Source of the DNA: Mycoplasmatota bacterium
GTDB taxonomy: Bacteria > Bacillota_I > Bacilli_A > Haloplasmatales > Haloplasmataceae
NCBI GenBank assembly: GCA_018394295.1
Contig: CP074573.1
Coordinates: 1,587,156-1,619,155 of the forward strand
Direction: 5' to 3'
Length of the DNA: 32,000 bases
In this document: positions 7,918 through 17,960 of the stretch, in pieces
Numbering within the stretch: position 1 is the stretch's first letter
Layout: the number at the start of each line of letters is the position of its first letter
Position numbers and translations under genes: made by a program
The notes under the pieces: model-generated
What the model saw: only the letters and a program-made list of their open reading frames with translations
Told to the model about the DNA's origin: nothing
Databases searched by the model: none

Positions 7918-9969
7918 TTATTTTGCTTCTCTTTTTAAAGTGGTTCTCTGAATTACTTTATCAAATAAAATTAGTAGTTGAGGTAATATCAACAATGATA
8001 ATACACCACTGATAATTGTTCCTCGACTAATTAACAATCCGAGTTCCTTAATTAAATCCATTTCCATTATAAGAGCTAATGATAATCCAGCTACTACTAA
8101 AGCCATCATAGATATAATTATAGATTGTGATGAATTCTTAAAAGCTATCTTAGCTGCTTTTTTTGGATTATGAAGTTTTCGTTCTTCTTCATAATTTTCT
8201 GTAATGATAATCGCATAATCAATTGTTGCACCTAATTGTATTGAACTAATTAGAATATAACCTAAGAAAGAAAGTGTAACCCCTTGATAATGAGGAATAG
8301 CCATATTAATCCATATCGCAGTTTGTATTACTAATAATAATAAGATTGGAATCGTAATTGATTTAAAGGTGAATAAAATGATTAACCCAACAGCAACAAT
8401 TGAAATGATGATAACTGCTAAATAATCTCTCTCAACATTATTTTTTACATCATATATTACTGATGATTCTCCTACTAAATATGATTCATCAAAGAATTGA
8501 TTAGCACCTTCTCTAATATTTTCAATTGCTTCGAAGGTTGTTTTTGATTCTTTCTCTAAATCCATGGTAATCATAATGAGTGAATAGTTTTCACTTATAA
8601 ATTGTTGCTTTACAGATTCTGGTATAAAATCATCTGGTGTATTAGGTCCAATAAATGTATTTACAAATAAATTTAAATTAGAAACAGATTTAACATTTTC
8701 TAATTGTGTAATTGTACCTATTAGTTCCATTTCATTTTCTTTTTGTCCTTTCGGGACAATTAACACAAACTGGTTATTTTCACCAAATTTTTCAACTATT
8801 TCATTCTCAATCTCAGTATATTCTACTTGGTTATCTGAATATGTAAATTCATTTTGCGACTGACCATAATAACCAATGACAGTTAATGTTATTAGCAGGA
8901 ATAACATAATGATTGAAACTTTTCCATTAATTATTTTACTTAACCAATTAATTGAAGGTAGCCAAGGTCTATGTTTCGTTTTATCAACCCACTTTATACT
9001 TATCTTCATTAATGCTGGTAATAAGATATTAACAGAAATTAAACTAAACAATACCCCTTTTGCTAAAACAAAACCAAGTTCCGCTCCTATTTGATAACTC
9101 ATCACACCAAGTGCTAGAAAACCTGCAATGGTTGTTGTAGCACCAGCTAATATGGTTCTAAATGATGTTTTAGTCGCAACATTGATTGCTTCTTCAATTG
9201 TATCAAATTTTTCTCTTGCAGCTTTAAGATTTTTCATAAATATTAATGAGTAATCGATAGATACTGCTAATTGTATAACTGCTGCAGCAATATAAGAAAT
9301 ATCAGATATTTCACCAAATACAATATTTGTACCTAGGTTTAATACTATCGCAACCCCTAGCGTGATTAACATTAAAATTGATGAGAAAAATGACTCCGTA
9401 AATAAAATGATAATAATAATCATTAGAATAATTGCGATAATTGTTGCTGTGTTCCCCACTTCCATGACACTTCTTGAAGTAAATCCAACCCCAGCCCCAT
9501 CATCTTCTAATAAATCATTGATTGAGTTAATCGCTTCTTTTGATAAATCACTATCAACATCTTCTATAAATGTTATATCTAATAATGCATCTATCCCATT
9601 TAAATAATTTCTTGCTATTTCAACTGGAATATATTCAATTGGTGTTTGTGTTAAATCAACGATATCATCAAGCCATATTACCTTTCCAATCCCATTTATT
9701 TGCGCAATTTGATTTTTTATAACTAATATTTCATCTATTTGTTTATTTTTAACAAGTACTTTCGCGTTTCTATTTAGTTTTACACTTGAAAATTCAGTTT
9801 CTAAAATCACAATACCTTTTTTCGTTTCAGACTGTTCTGATAAATAATCTGCTTTATTATCATTAATTCCAACTTTCGGAATCAATAATAAAGCACCAAT
9901 AAATAAGAGTAAAAAAATAGTGAGTACAATCTTTGATCTTTTTGTAATTAATTGAGAAAAGACTTTCAC
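7918..9969 (-). CDS. MMPL/RND-family membrane transporter (predicted exporter)
   Basis: 683 aa, two blocks of TM helices separated by extracytoplasmic loops; SVDYSLIFMKN...FRTILAGATTTIAGFLALGVMSYQIG and QLGATIDYAIIITENYEEER motifs. Confidence 0.88.
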   Translation of the reverse strand: MKVFSQLITKRSKIVLTIFLLLFIGALLLIPKVGINDNKADYLSEQSETKKGIVILETEFSSVKLNRNAKVLVKNKQIDEILVIKNQIAQINGIGKVIWLDDIVDLTQTPIEYIPVEIARNYLNGIDALLDITFIEDVDSDLSKEAINSINDLLEDDGAGVGFTSRSVMEVGNTATIIAIILMIIIIILFTESFFSSILMLITLGVAIVLNLGTNIVFGEISDISYIAAAVIQLAVSIDYSLIFMKNLKAAREKFDTIEEAINVATKTSFRTILAGATTTIAGFLALGVMSYQIGAELGFVLAKGVLFSLISVNILLPALMKISIKWVDKTKHRPWLPSINWLSKIINGKVSIIMLFLLITLTVIGYYGQSQNEFTYSDNQVEYTEIENEIVEKFGENNQFVLIVPKGQKENEMELIGTITQLENVKSVSNLNLFVNTFIGPNTPDDFIPESVKQQFISENYSLIMITMDLEKESKTTFEAIENIREGANQFFDESYLVGESSVIYDVKNNVERDYLAVIIISIVAVGLIILFTFKSITIPILLLLVIQTAIWINMAIPHYQGVTLSFLGYILISSIQLGATIDYAIIITENYEEERKLHNPKKAAKIAFKNSSQSIIISMMALVVAGLSLALIMEMDLIKELGLLISRGTIISGVLSLLILPQLLILFDKVIQRTTLKREAK

Positions 9970-10032
9970 AATAATTCACCTCTATCCTTTTTTTCTTGTC
10001 ACACTACATTATATATATTATAATTAGGAAAA

Positions 10033-10050
10033 AGACTAGTCAACTAACCA
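10033..10050. promoter_or_regulatory. Possible TetR-type operator in the divergent intergenic region
   Basis: Dyad-like gactagtcaactaacc (TAGT-CA-ACTA) between divergent exporter and regulator genes. Confidence 0.25.
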
Positions 10051-10069
10051 AAACTTTTTTGAAACAGAG

Positions 10070-10624
10070 GTGATTTATTTGTTCCGAAATAAAGAAGATT
10101 TAAGAATTCATAACACCAAAGAATTTGTCTATGAAGCATTAAATTTATTATTGAAGAAATACAATTATCATCATATTTCAATCAGTATGATTATTAAAAA
10201 ATCAGGTGTGGGGAGAACCACGTTTTACAGACATTTTTATTCCAAAGATGATATTTTGAAAACCAAACTTAAAAGCCAAACATTAGATTTATTAGAACTT
10301 CTAAATAAAACCTATGATTTAACCCTATACAATAAAGATATTTCTGGGAAAATCAATTTCTTCTTTCAATACTGGGATAGAAATCCAGAAATCATTCAGT
10401 TAATTATTGATTTAGATAAAACACAATTACTTTATTCGACATGGACATCCTTACTTATCGATATGTTTTCTATTATTGATATGGGTCTATCTTCAAATAT
10501 ATCTAAACCATATACTGCTCATTTCGCAATTGGTGGACTTACCTCATTATTAATTCAATGGTTTAAAAATAACAGAAAAGATAGTATTTATTTTATCGCA
10601 AAACATTTTAATATCCCCAACTAA
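10070..10624 (+). CDS. TetR/AcrR-family transcriptional regulator
   Basis: N-terminal HTH: TKEFVYEALNLLLKKYNYHHISISMIIKKSGVGRTTFYRHFYSKDDIL; divergent from MMPL gene. Confidence 0.88.
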   Translation: MIYLFRNKEDLRIHNTKEFVYEALNLLLKKYNYHHISISMIIKKSGVGRTTFYRHFYSKDDILKTKLKSQTLDLLELLNKTYDLTLYNKDISGKINFFFQYWDRNPEIIQLIIDLDKTQLLYSTWTSLLIDMFSIIDMGLSSNISKPYTAHFAIGGLTSLLIQWFKNNRKDSIYFIAKHFNIPN

Positions 10625-10636
10625 CTCATAATTTAG

Positions 10637-10665
10637 TTGACATCTTAATAGGTTTTAGATATAAT
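10637..10665 (+). promoter_or_regulatory. Candidate sigma-A promoter for T-box/trpB
   Basis: ttgaca (10637-10642), 17-nt spacer, tataat (10660-10665). Confidence 0.75.
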
Positions 10666-10714
10666 ATTATGCATACAAAATATGCAAAAATCATTGATTG
10701 AAAATAGTAGAAAA

Positions 10715-10895
10715 CAAAAATTGTTACAGAGAGTCGATGTTGGTGTGAAGTTGACACAAGTATTGTTTTTGAATGGGTTCATGAGATGCAAGGTGAATTA
10801 ATAGTAGCCTTAAGCCGGCGTTTCCCACGTTATAGGGGAGTACACATTGGGTGGTATAACGGCACTTCGTCCTAGTGATGAAGTGTCTTTTTTTT
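10715..10895 (+). ncRNA. T-box leader, specifier UGG (tRNA-Trp)
   Basis: AGAGAG (about 10728), GTTGGTGTGAAG, GAA-TGG specifier context (10771-10776), T-box core attgggtggtataacgg (10846-10862), then terminator gcacttcgtc/gatgaagtgt with T8. Confidence 0.9.
10862..10895 (+). terminator. T-box regulated intrinsic terminator
   Basis: gcacttcgtc...gatgaagtgt followed by a T run. Confidence 0.85.
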
Positions 10896-11074
10896 ATTTC
10901 TTAAATCATAAGAAGGGAATTGATAAACATGTATAACCTACCCCAAACAATAATAATACGAGGTTATCTTTGGCAAAATTAATTATTTGCTAATCATTCA
11001 GGCTGGTTTTCCTTGAATAGTCTTAAAAACATAATCAACATCCATAAATAAAAATATTCAAGGAGGAACATATC

Positions 11075-12253
11075 ATGATAATTAAGAATTTACAATTTGG
11101 TGAATTTGGAGGACAATTTGTGTCCCAACCAGTAAAAAATGCCCTAAATAATTTAGAAATTGCTTTTAACAAAGCATTAAAAGATGAATCATTTATAAAA
11201 GAATATAATTATTATCTAAAAGAGTATGTCGGACGTGAAAATCCTTTATACTATGCGAAAAATATGACAGAGGAGTTAGGCGGCGCAAAAGTATATCTAA
11301 AAAGAGAAGATTTAAATCATACTGGTGCTCATAAAATAAACAATGTCATTGGACAAATCTTATTAGCAAAAAGAATGGGAAAAACAAAAATTGTTGCTGA
11401 GACTGGTGCTGGCCAACATGGTGTAGCTACTGCAACTGCTGCAGCTATGTTTGGGATGGAATGTCTTGTTTTCCAAGGAGCTGAAGATGTTGAGAGACAA
11501 AAACTCAATTTAATGAGAATGAAACTACTAGGTGCTAAAGTTAAGTCTGTCACATCTGGTACAAGAACACTTAAAGATGCTGTAGATGAAGCAATTTCTT
11601 TTTGGATTAATAATTTAGATGATTATTTTTATGTATTAGGTTCTGTTGTGGGACCTCATCCTTATCCAACGATTGTCAGAGAATTTCAAAAAGTGATTGG
11701 ACAAGAAGTAAAAAGACAGATATTAGAAAAAGAACATCGATTACCTGATTACTTAATCGCTTGTGTGGGTGGTGGAAGTAATTCCATGGGTTTATTTGCT
11801 GAGTTTCTAGATGACAAAGCAATAAAATTATATGGAGTTGAAGCAGCAGGTCATGGACTAAATACTAAAATGCATGCAGCTACTTTAGCTAAAGGTAAAG
11901 TAGGAATTGTACATGGAATGAAAACAATTGTAATTCAAAATGAAACTGGTGAAGTAGAACCAGTTTACTCAATTTCAGCAGGACTGGATTACCCCAGTGT
12001 AGGACCAGAACACGCTCACTTATTTCAAACAAAACGTGTAGAGTATGTTAGTATTACGGATAAAGAAGCCGTTAATGCATTTACTTATTTAAGTAAAAAA
12101 GAAGGTATAATCCCTGCAATAGAGAGTTCACATGCCATTGCCTTTGCGATGAAACTTGTTCCAAAATTATCGAAGGACAAGATTGTTGTAATTAATTTAT
12201 CAGGTCGTGGTGATAAGGACGTAAGTACAATCGCTAATTATTTAAACTATTAA
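11075..12253 (+). CDS. trpB: Tryptophan synthase beta subunit
   Basis: [31 protein letters not shown]-lysine motif, [36 protein letters not shown]; T-box leader upstream. Confidence 0.96.
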   Translation: MIIKNLQFGEFGGQFVSQPVKNALNNLEIAFNKALKDESFIKEYNYYLKEYVGRENPLYYAKNMTEELGGAKVYLKREDLNHTGAHKINNVIGQILLAKRMGKTKIVAETGAGQHGVATATAAAMFGMECLVFQGAEDVERQKLNLMRMKLLGAKVKSVTSGTRTLKDAVDEAISFWINNLDDYFYVLGSVVGPHPYPTIVREFQKVIGQEVKRQILEKEHRLPDYLIACVGGGSNSMGLFAEFLDDKAIKLYGVEAAGHGLNTKMHAATLAKGKVGIVHGMKTIVIQNETGEVEPVYSISAGLDYPSVGPEHAHLFQTKRVEYVSITDKEAVNAFTYLSKKEGIIPAIESSHAIAFAMKLVPKLSKDKIVVINLSGRGDKDVSTIANYLNY

Positions 12254-12282
12254 AGATGTTTATACTAATAAATAAAACAAAA

Positions 12283-12307
12283 AGAACTGATTATAATGAT
12301 CAGTTCT
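12283..12307. terminator. Bidirectional terminator between convergent trpB and DUF3006 gene
   Basis: agaactgat (12283-12291)/atcagttct (12299-12307) with A-run before and T-run after. Confidence 0.85.
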
Positions 12308-12321
12308 TTTTCTATATCTTA

Positions 12322-12540
12322 TTAATTTTTAAATAATTTTTTACTTAAATCTTCAATACGCTTTTTTCTATCCTCAGTTTTCTTATCATTTATAGTGATA
12401 GTTATATCAATTATATCCCCTTCTTTTACTTCAGATGGAAGTAACACTTTAGGAATATTGAATGTTTCTTTTTCAAATTCAATTACCGCATAATTCTTTT
12501 CAAAACGGTCTACAATACAATATTTTTTTTCTTCAGCCAT
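12322..12540 (-). CDS. DUF3006-type small protein (start trimmed to ATG at 12540)
   Basis: MAEEKKYCIVDRFEKNYAVIEFEKETFNIPKVLLPSEVKEGDIIDITI; the longer 94-aa ORF would extend into the upstream gene. Confidence 0.7.
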   Translation of the reverse strand: MAEEKKYCIVDRFEKNYAVIEFEKETFNIPKVLLPSEVKEGDIIDITITINDKKTEDRKKRIEDLSKKLFKN

Positions 12541-12550
12541 AAATATCTCC

Positions 12551-13918
12551 TTAATTTGACTCATTTGGCGTTGGGTTATCAGTAGGTGAATCACTCCAAG
12601 GACCACCGTTAGTTATACGATACCATGATGAATCAATTTCTGTATTACTATAGGTAAAACTATCAATTAAAACGCCATCTGAATTTAATAATCTAACATC
12701 ATCACTTTCCTCATTATTAAACATTCTAGAAAATTCAATTATATAAAATTTATTGGCTTCTATTATAGTTCCTTCAGGAATGGTATATGGTTTACTACCA
12801 GCATCTTCAATATCATCTAATATATACCCACTAATATCAATATTAGATGATGTTGTATTATATAATTCAATCCATTCTTTTGTGTAGACTGTTTTAGGGG
12901 CAGGTAGTACTTCATTAATTACTACAGTTATTTCATTAATTTCTTCAGTTGTTGTTGTTACATCATTATCCTCAGTAGTTGTCTCAACAGGATTAGGTTG
13001 GTAGGTGGAATTTTTTGTACCAACTTCGATTTTAGTACCATTTGATTTTACTATGATTGTTCCCGCTTCATCTGTTCGATAAACTTGAACATTATTATTC
13101 ATTAATCGATCGATAATTTCTTGATTAGGATGTCCATATTTATTGCCTTCTCCAACAGAAATTATCCCAATTGTTGGTGAAATCGCATTTAAAAAAGCTT
13201 CACTAGTAGAAGTAATTGAACCATGATGTCCTAATTTTAAAACATCTGCGTGTAAATCAGCACCACCATCAAGAATTTCTTCTTCAACCTCTGTTTCAGC
13301 ATCGCCTGTAAATATATAAGCAGTATCTCCATAAGTTAATTTAATAACTGGGGAATAATCATTTGTTTCAGAATAACTTTCACTAATTGGAGATAACATC
13401 ACTGCTTCTAAAAGTTTATCATTAATTTGTTCACCAAATAATGTTACTCCTTTTTTAGCCCTTGTTATCGTTAAATTTTTGGCATCAATCGCTGTTAATA
13501 CATCTTCAAAAGTTTTAGTAGTTGCTGATTTATTTGGTAAATAAACATCTTCAATATTAAAATGATTAATCACATCATCTAGTCCTCCAATATGGTCTTC
13601 ATGTGGATGAGTACCAATAACATGATTAAGGGTTACAACACCTCTATCTTCTAAATAATCAACAACTAAATCTCCATCTGAATTATTACCAGCATCAATT
13701 AACACATGCTCATCATTTGGTAATTTAATATATATACTATCTGCTTGTCCTACATCAATAAAATGTATTTCTAAATCCATAGGATCACTATTTTGTCCTG
13801 TTGTTGTATTTTCACTAGTTGTTTGTTCTGTTTTACTTGTCATAGCTTCATTACAACCAAATAATACTACAACCACAACAAAACTAAAAACAACACGTAA
13901 TTTTCTAATAATTCTCAT
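12551..13918 (-). CDS. Lipoprotein with ComEC-like metallo-beta-lactamase domain and C-terminal lamin-tail-like domain
   Basis: Lipobox VVLFGC; IHFIDVGQADSIYIKLPN, THPHEDHIGGLDDV, YIFTGDAETEVE, LKLGHHGS; C-terminal VVINEVLPAP...KEWIELYNTTSSNIDISGYILDD...FYIIEFS. Confidence 0.88.
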   Translation of the reverse strand: MRIIRKLRVVFSFVVVVVLFGCNEAMTSKTEQTTSENTTTGQNSDPMDLEIHFIDVGQADSIYIKLPNDEHVLIDAGNNSDGDLVVDYLEDRGVVTLNHVIGTHPHEDHIGGLDDVINHFNIEDVYLPNKSATTKTFEDVLTAIDAKNLTITRAKKGVTLFGEQINDKLLEAVMLSPISESYSETNDYSPVIKLTYGDTAYIFTGDAETEVEEEILDGGADLHADVLKLGHHGSITSTSEAFLNAISPTIGIISVGEGNKYGHPNQEIIDRLMNNNVQVYRTDEAGTIIVKSNGTKIEVGTKNSTYQPNPVETTTEDNDVTTTTEEINEITVVINEVLPAPKTVYTKEWIELYNTTSSNIDISGYILDDIEDAGSKPYTIPEGTIIEANKFYIIEFSRMFNNEESDDVRLLNSDGVLIDSFTYSNTEIDSSWYRITNGGPWSDSPTDNPTPNESN

Positions 13919-14032
13919 ATTTCCTCCAAAAACTTAATTTATTATATAATATCATATTCTCTTCAATTATTAAACTTTAATACGATATAAAAAGCAAAGT
14001 ATATTACACACTTTGCCTATCTAAATCACTAT

Positions 14033-14341
14033 TTATTTTTTATATCGATTCCCACCTAATGAAATAATTATAATAAAAAAACAGAGAATTCCAGTAAAGA
14101 CAATGACACTTACAATCTCATCTTTTTGTTTAATCATTAAACAAATAATTGAATTAATCACAATAAGGAGCCCCATGATGATATAATTAATCCCTATCCA
14201 TTTAGCTAAACCTTTTTTATCCTTTATTGTTTCCTCAATATATCCGGGAACAATTTCTAATATTTTATAACGCCAAATTAATCCGCCTACAATAACAAGA
14301 AAAGAACCGATAACGATTAATAGAATATTCATAATTATCAC
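14033..14341 (-). CDS. Small two/three-TM membrane protein (DUF3784-like)
   Basis: Hydrophobic segments with YIEETIKDKKGLAKWIGINYIIMGLL; RBS upstream. Confidence 0.55.
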   Translation of the reverse strand: MIIMNILLIVIGSFLVIVGGLIWRYKILEIVPGYIEETIKDKKGLAKWIGINYIIMGLLIVINSIICLMIKQKDEIVSVIVFTGILCFFIIIISLGGNRYKK

Positions 14342-14678
14342 CTAGCCTTTATAATGGAATAGTATGTAGTATTTTTATATTAGAATCTTTCTTTTTTTAA
14401 AATAGATTTTTCTTAGGATATATTTATAGTCTATTGAATACAATTATAATGAAAAAAATATCTTTTAAACCATATTTCCATAATTTATATAATATATTTA
14501 TGTTATAATATAATTATTCAATTTATCAAATGATTTAAGTATAATAGTGTTTCTAGTCTGTTTTTTTGCTAATTTTATTAAAAATTAGTCTGTATTAGTT
14601 TTACACTAATTTTATTATAACTGCTTTATAATAAAATTAAAATACTAATATTTAAATTTCTAAATAGGGGTGGTTTAT

Positions 14679-15329
14679 TTGATAAGTAAATGGTTTGTTT
14701 TAATTGTTTTTATTCTAATCTCATTTCTTCATCTAACGTTTGAAATAAAAAATTATAAACAAGGTAGACAAATTACAAAACCTTTGTTAATGCCTTTACT
14801 GCTTCTTTATTATTTATTTAGTGTATCAAACCCTAATTACTATATTATTATCGCATTAGTATGTGGATTTTTAGGAGATGTGTTTTTATTATGGGCTTCT
14901 AAACAATCTTTTTTATTAATTGGCCTTTTAGCATTTTTAACTGGACATATCTTCTACATTCTGGTATTTCTAAATAGTACTCAATATTTAAATACTGTCC
15001 CCTACCATTTTTATATTTTTCTGATACCTTATCTATTATTAGGTATATATATATTAAAACAATTGTTTCCTGTAATTAAATTAATGAAAATACCAACAAC
15101 AATATATATGAGTATCATAATTATAATGAGTTTTACTAGTCTAACTCGAATGTTTAGTGTGCCTTTCTTATCTTTCCTACTAACCTTTATTGGTTCTTTA
15201 TGCTTTTTACTATCAGATACGATTCTTGCATTCGATTTATTTAAACAACATAAAAAATATAATGATGTATATGTAATGAGCACCTATATTTTAGCTCAAT
15301 TTTTAATTATATTGGGTTTAATAATTTAA
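14679..15329 (+). CDS. YhhN/TMEM86 lysoplasmalogenase-like membrane protein
   Basis: Polytopic; KPLLMPLLLLYYL...ALVCGFLGDVFLL...GLLAFLTGHIFYILVFL; TTG at 14679 is better placed relative to aggggtgg RBS than the GTG at 14670. Confidence 0.75.
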   Translation: MISKWFVLIVFILISFLHLTFEIKNYKQGRQITKPLLMPLLLLYYLFSVSNPNYYIIIALVCGFLGDVFLLWASKQSFLLIGLLAFLTGHIFYILVFLNSTQYLNTVPYHFYIFLIPYLLLGIYILKQLFPVIKLMKIPTTIYMSIIIIMSFTSLTRMFSVPFLSFLLTFIGSLCFLLSDTILAFDLFKQHKKYNDVYVMSTYILAQFLIILGLII

Positions 15330-15360
15330 ATTATTACATCGATTAATTCTTTAAATTAAA

Positions 15361-15405
15361 AAAGATTGTGAGAGCCTAAAAGGCATAGACTACACAATCT
15401 TTTTT
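15361..15405. terminator. Bidirectional terminator between convergent genes
   Basis: aaaagattgtg ... cacaatctttttt dyad. Confidence 0.75.
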
Positions 15406-15422
15406 AGTTTATTTTTTTATAA

Positions 15423-15644
15423 TTATAAATCTAATGTATCTAATAATTCTTTAATCCTTTTTAATTCATCAATTGTTAATGTAATTCCCTTCCCCATTCT
15501 ATTATGTTCTGGATTCCATTCTCTTAAATCATATTTAGGTTCTTTATCATTCCAACTTACTAAATTAAGTTCTTTTGTCCAACCCTTACTACTTTCAGAA
15601 AGTACTCCTATAGATTTTTTAATTTCAAATTTAATATCAGCCAT
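15423..15644 (-). CDS. PC4/YdbC-family ssDNA-binding protein
   Basis: FEIKKSIGVLSESSKGWTKELNLVSWNDKEPKYDLREWNPEHNRMGKGITLTIDELKRI. Confidence 0.85.
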   Translation of the reverse strand: MADIKFEIKKSIGVLSESSKGWTKELNLVSWNDKEPKYDLREWNPEHNRMGKGITLTIDELKRIKELLDTLDL

Positions 15645-15748
15645 AATAAGTCCTCCCTATATTAAATAATTTTTTTCTCAATTAAATTATACTCCTATTA
15701 TAAGCATTTTTAATAGAAAATTGTTGAAAGAATTAATAATTTATCATT

Positions 15749-16159
15749 TTATTTTTTGTCATCATGATTTATTTTATTAAAATCTGTTATTTCTTTTTCA
15801 ACCATTTTGATATACTCCTCTTCAAATGGTTCCCATAATTCAACACGGTTTCCAAGAATATCTTCAATTTGAGCGAATTTTCCATATTCAAATACACTTA
15901 TTTCCTGAATAATTTTAACCCCTTTAGCTTTTAGTGTTTCCATATAATGATCGAGATTATCAACTGTAAAATTTAAGAAAGAATTCCCATGTTCTTTATT
16001 ATCAAAGGTGATTAGTGTTAGTTTGTTAGGTGCTAGAAAGTTAATTCCATATTCAGTAATATTCAAACCTAAGACATCATTATACCATTTTAATAATTTT
16101 TTGGTATCACCACTAATATTTAAAAAGACACCGCCTATTCCTGTTATTTTTGACATCAA
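15749..16159 (-). CDS. VOC (glyoxalase/bleomycin resistance) family protein
   Basis: ITGIGGVFLNISGDTKKLLKWYNDVLGLNI...HGNSFLNFTVDNLDHYMETLKAKGVKIIQE...FEDILGNRVELWEP. Confidence 0.85.
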   Translation of the reverse strand: MMSKITGIGGVFLNISGDTKKLLKWYNDVLGLNITEYGINFLAPNKLTLITFDNKEHGNSFLNFTVDNLDHYMETLKAKGVKIIQEISVFEYGKFAQIEDILGNRVELWEPFEEEYIKMVEKEITDFNKINHDDKK

Positions 16160-16326
16160 ATCAACTCCAATCTCAATTATATATAATAATACTTCAATTT
16201 CGTAAAAACTATTTATATCTATTAAATATACCTATAGTTTCATTATATACGAAAGGTTCATATTCTACAATATAAAGAATCTGAAGTTAATTAATAATTC
16301 AATAATTATTAACAAATAAAATTCTA

Positions 16327-17664
16327 TTATTTCCATCTTCTTTTAAAATTAAATAATTCTTGTATATATCCAATAATCGATGAAAATGAATTTAAACTTT
16401 GGAAGCTGAGAATGAATATAATATATTCCCAAAAATATAACTTCAAATGTATATTTAAGGGTTTTAGTACTTCTCTTTTTTCTATATGATACATCATGAA
16501 GTGACTGAATACTGTAATTGGTATAACTAACAATGTTAAAAATCCAACAATATAAAATTTACCCATAAAAGCTAAAATAACACCTGGTAGGAAAAATAAT
16601 AGATAACTAATATCGATATAGGGTATCACTAAATCAATAGATGTTAAATACTTAGAATAAATGTTTCCTTGTTTTAAGGGAAATACATGTTTTAATCCTT
16701 CAATCATACCTCTAGCCCATCTAACTCGTTGAATGATAAATGCTTTGAGTGTTTTTGGTACACATGTATAAGAAATCGCTCTAGGTTCAAACAACACGCA
16801 AAATCCTTTCTCTAATAATAACCATGTTAATACAATGTCTTCTCCTATACAATCATTCCATCCATCTATTTTTTTTATCTCTTTTGTTTTATATATACTA
16901 AATGCACCTTGAGCAACAAGTGTGGAATGAAATAAACCTTGCATTCTTTTTACACTATTGATACTCAGTAAATAATCATACTTTTGGATACGCGTTATAA
17001 TACTATCAGTATCATTAAAGACTAGTACAGACCCAGCAATTGCGACAACATTATTTAATAAATTACTTATTAACATTCGTTCAACAATAAAACTAATCGC
17101 ATTTTTGTGTAGATAGGTGTCTGCATCAAGTGTTATAAAATGTTTCGTTCTAACATGCTTCAACCCTTCATTTAAAGCATGGTTTTTTCCTTTTTTAGAC
17201 TCATGAATTAATTTTATTGGTAAATTAAATTTGCGTATTGCCTCATAAACTTTTTGATTTGTTCGATCGGTACTATTGTTGTCAATGACGATTACAGTAA
17301 TTTTTCCGTTATAGATTTGATTATTAATCGATTCTAATACTTTATAGATAGTTTTTTCTTCATTATGAACAGGTATTAAAATTGTTACAACAAAATTAGG
17401 AAAATGATTTAATAATATTTCCTGATAATTACTTAAATACCGATTCTTATCAATTAAAATTAGTGAATACAATAAGTTCATACAGATGTAACCTGGTATA
17501 TAAGCAATTCCACTAACAATTATAATACTTAAAGTTAAACCAAAAATTTTCGATAAATCTCTAAGCCAGTTAATTGATATTAAAATTGAAAACAATAACC
17601 ATATAATAGAAAGCATGATCATTATAAAAAATTTACTTCTTGTATTCATGTTACTCACCTTCAT
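16327..17664 (-). CDS. Membrane-associated processive family 2 glycosyltransferase
   Basis: TILIPVHNEEKTIYKVLESI, IDNNSTDRT, DADTY, GEDIVLTW, QRVRWARG (QxxRW) and flanking TM helices. Confidence 0.88.
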   Translation of the reverse strand: MKVSNMNTRSKFFIMIMLSIIWLLFSILISINWLRDLSKIFGLTLSIIIVSGIAYIPGYICMNLLYSLILIDKNRYLSNYQEILLNHFPNFVVTILIPVHNEEKTIYKVLESINNQIYNGKITVIVIDNNSTDRTNQKVYEAIRKFNLPIKLIHESKKGKNHALNEGLKHVRTKHFITLDADTYLHKNAISFIVERMLISNLLNNVVAIAGSVLVFNDTDSIITRIQKYDYLLSINSVKRMQGLFHSTLVAQGAFSIYKTKEIKKIDGWNDCIGEDIVLTWLLLEKGFCVLFEPRAISYTCVPKTLKAFIIQRVRWARGMIEGLKHVFPLKQGNIYSKYLTSIDLVIPYIDISYLLFFLPGVILAFMGKFYIVGFLTLLVIPITVFSHFMMYHIEKREVLKPLNIHLKLYFWEYIIFILSFQSLNSFSSIIGYIQELFNFKRRWK

Positions 17665-17960
17665 ATCTTAATATAAGATATGAAAAAAAGTTAATATTTA
17701 TATTGAATTAAAAGGAAATTAAAAAACTTTACCCAAAATATTGGAGTGTAATCTGATAATTTATTTAACTAAGGTTATAATACATATAATTGAATTCAAC
17801 CGTTAACAATTTTTTTGTGTACAATTAGCTGTATCTATTACCATAATTTCATAAGTTTTTTTTCATCTATACTTTTTGGTAATTTTTTCAAGTAATCGAT
17901 TACATATTTTAAGCAAATAATGTATAGTTAGTTAGTAAACTAATTATTGGAGGAGAATAG

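Noticed and set aside
7563-9607. Small plus-strand ORFs (7563..7760, 8876..9094, 9362..9607) opposite the lipoprotein and MMPL genes
   Set aside because: Antisense to strongly supported CDSs; no RBS or homology features.
7918-10624. MMPL exporter plus divergent TetR as a novel system
   Set aside because: A very common efflux/lipid-exporter regulatory arrangement; nothing here distinguishes it.
12541-12606. Extended N-terminus of the DUF3006 ORF (94 aa)
   Set aside because: The extension MVLGVIHLLITQRQMSQIKEIF overlaps the upstream MBL gene in another frame; the ATG at 12540 gives the family-typical start.
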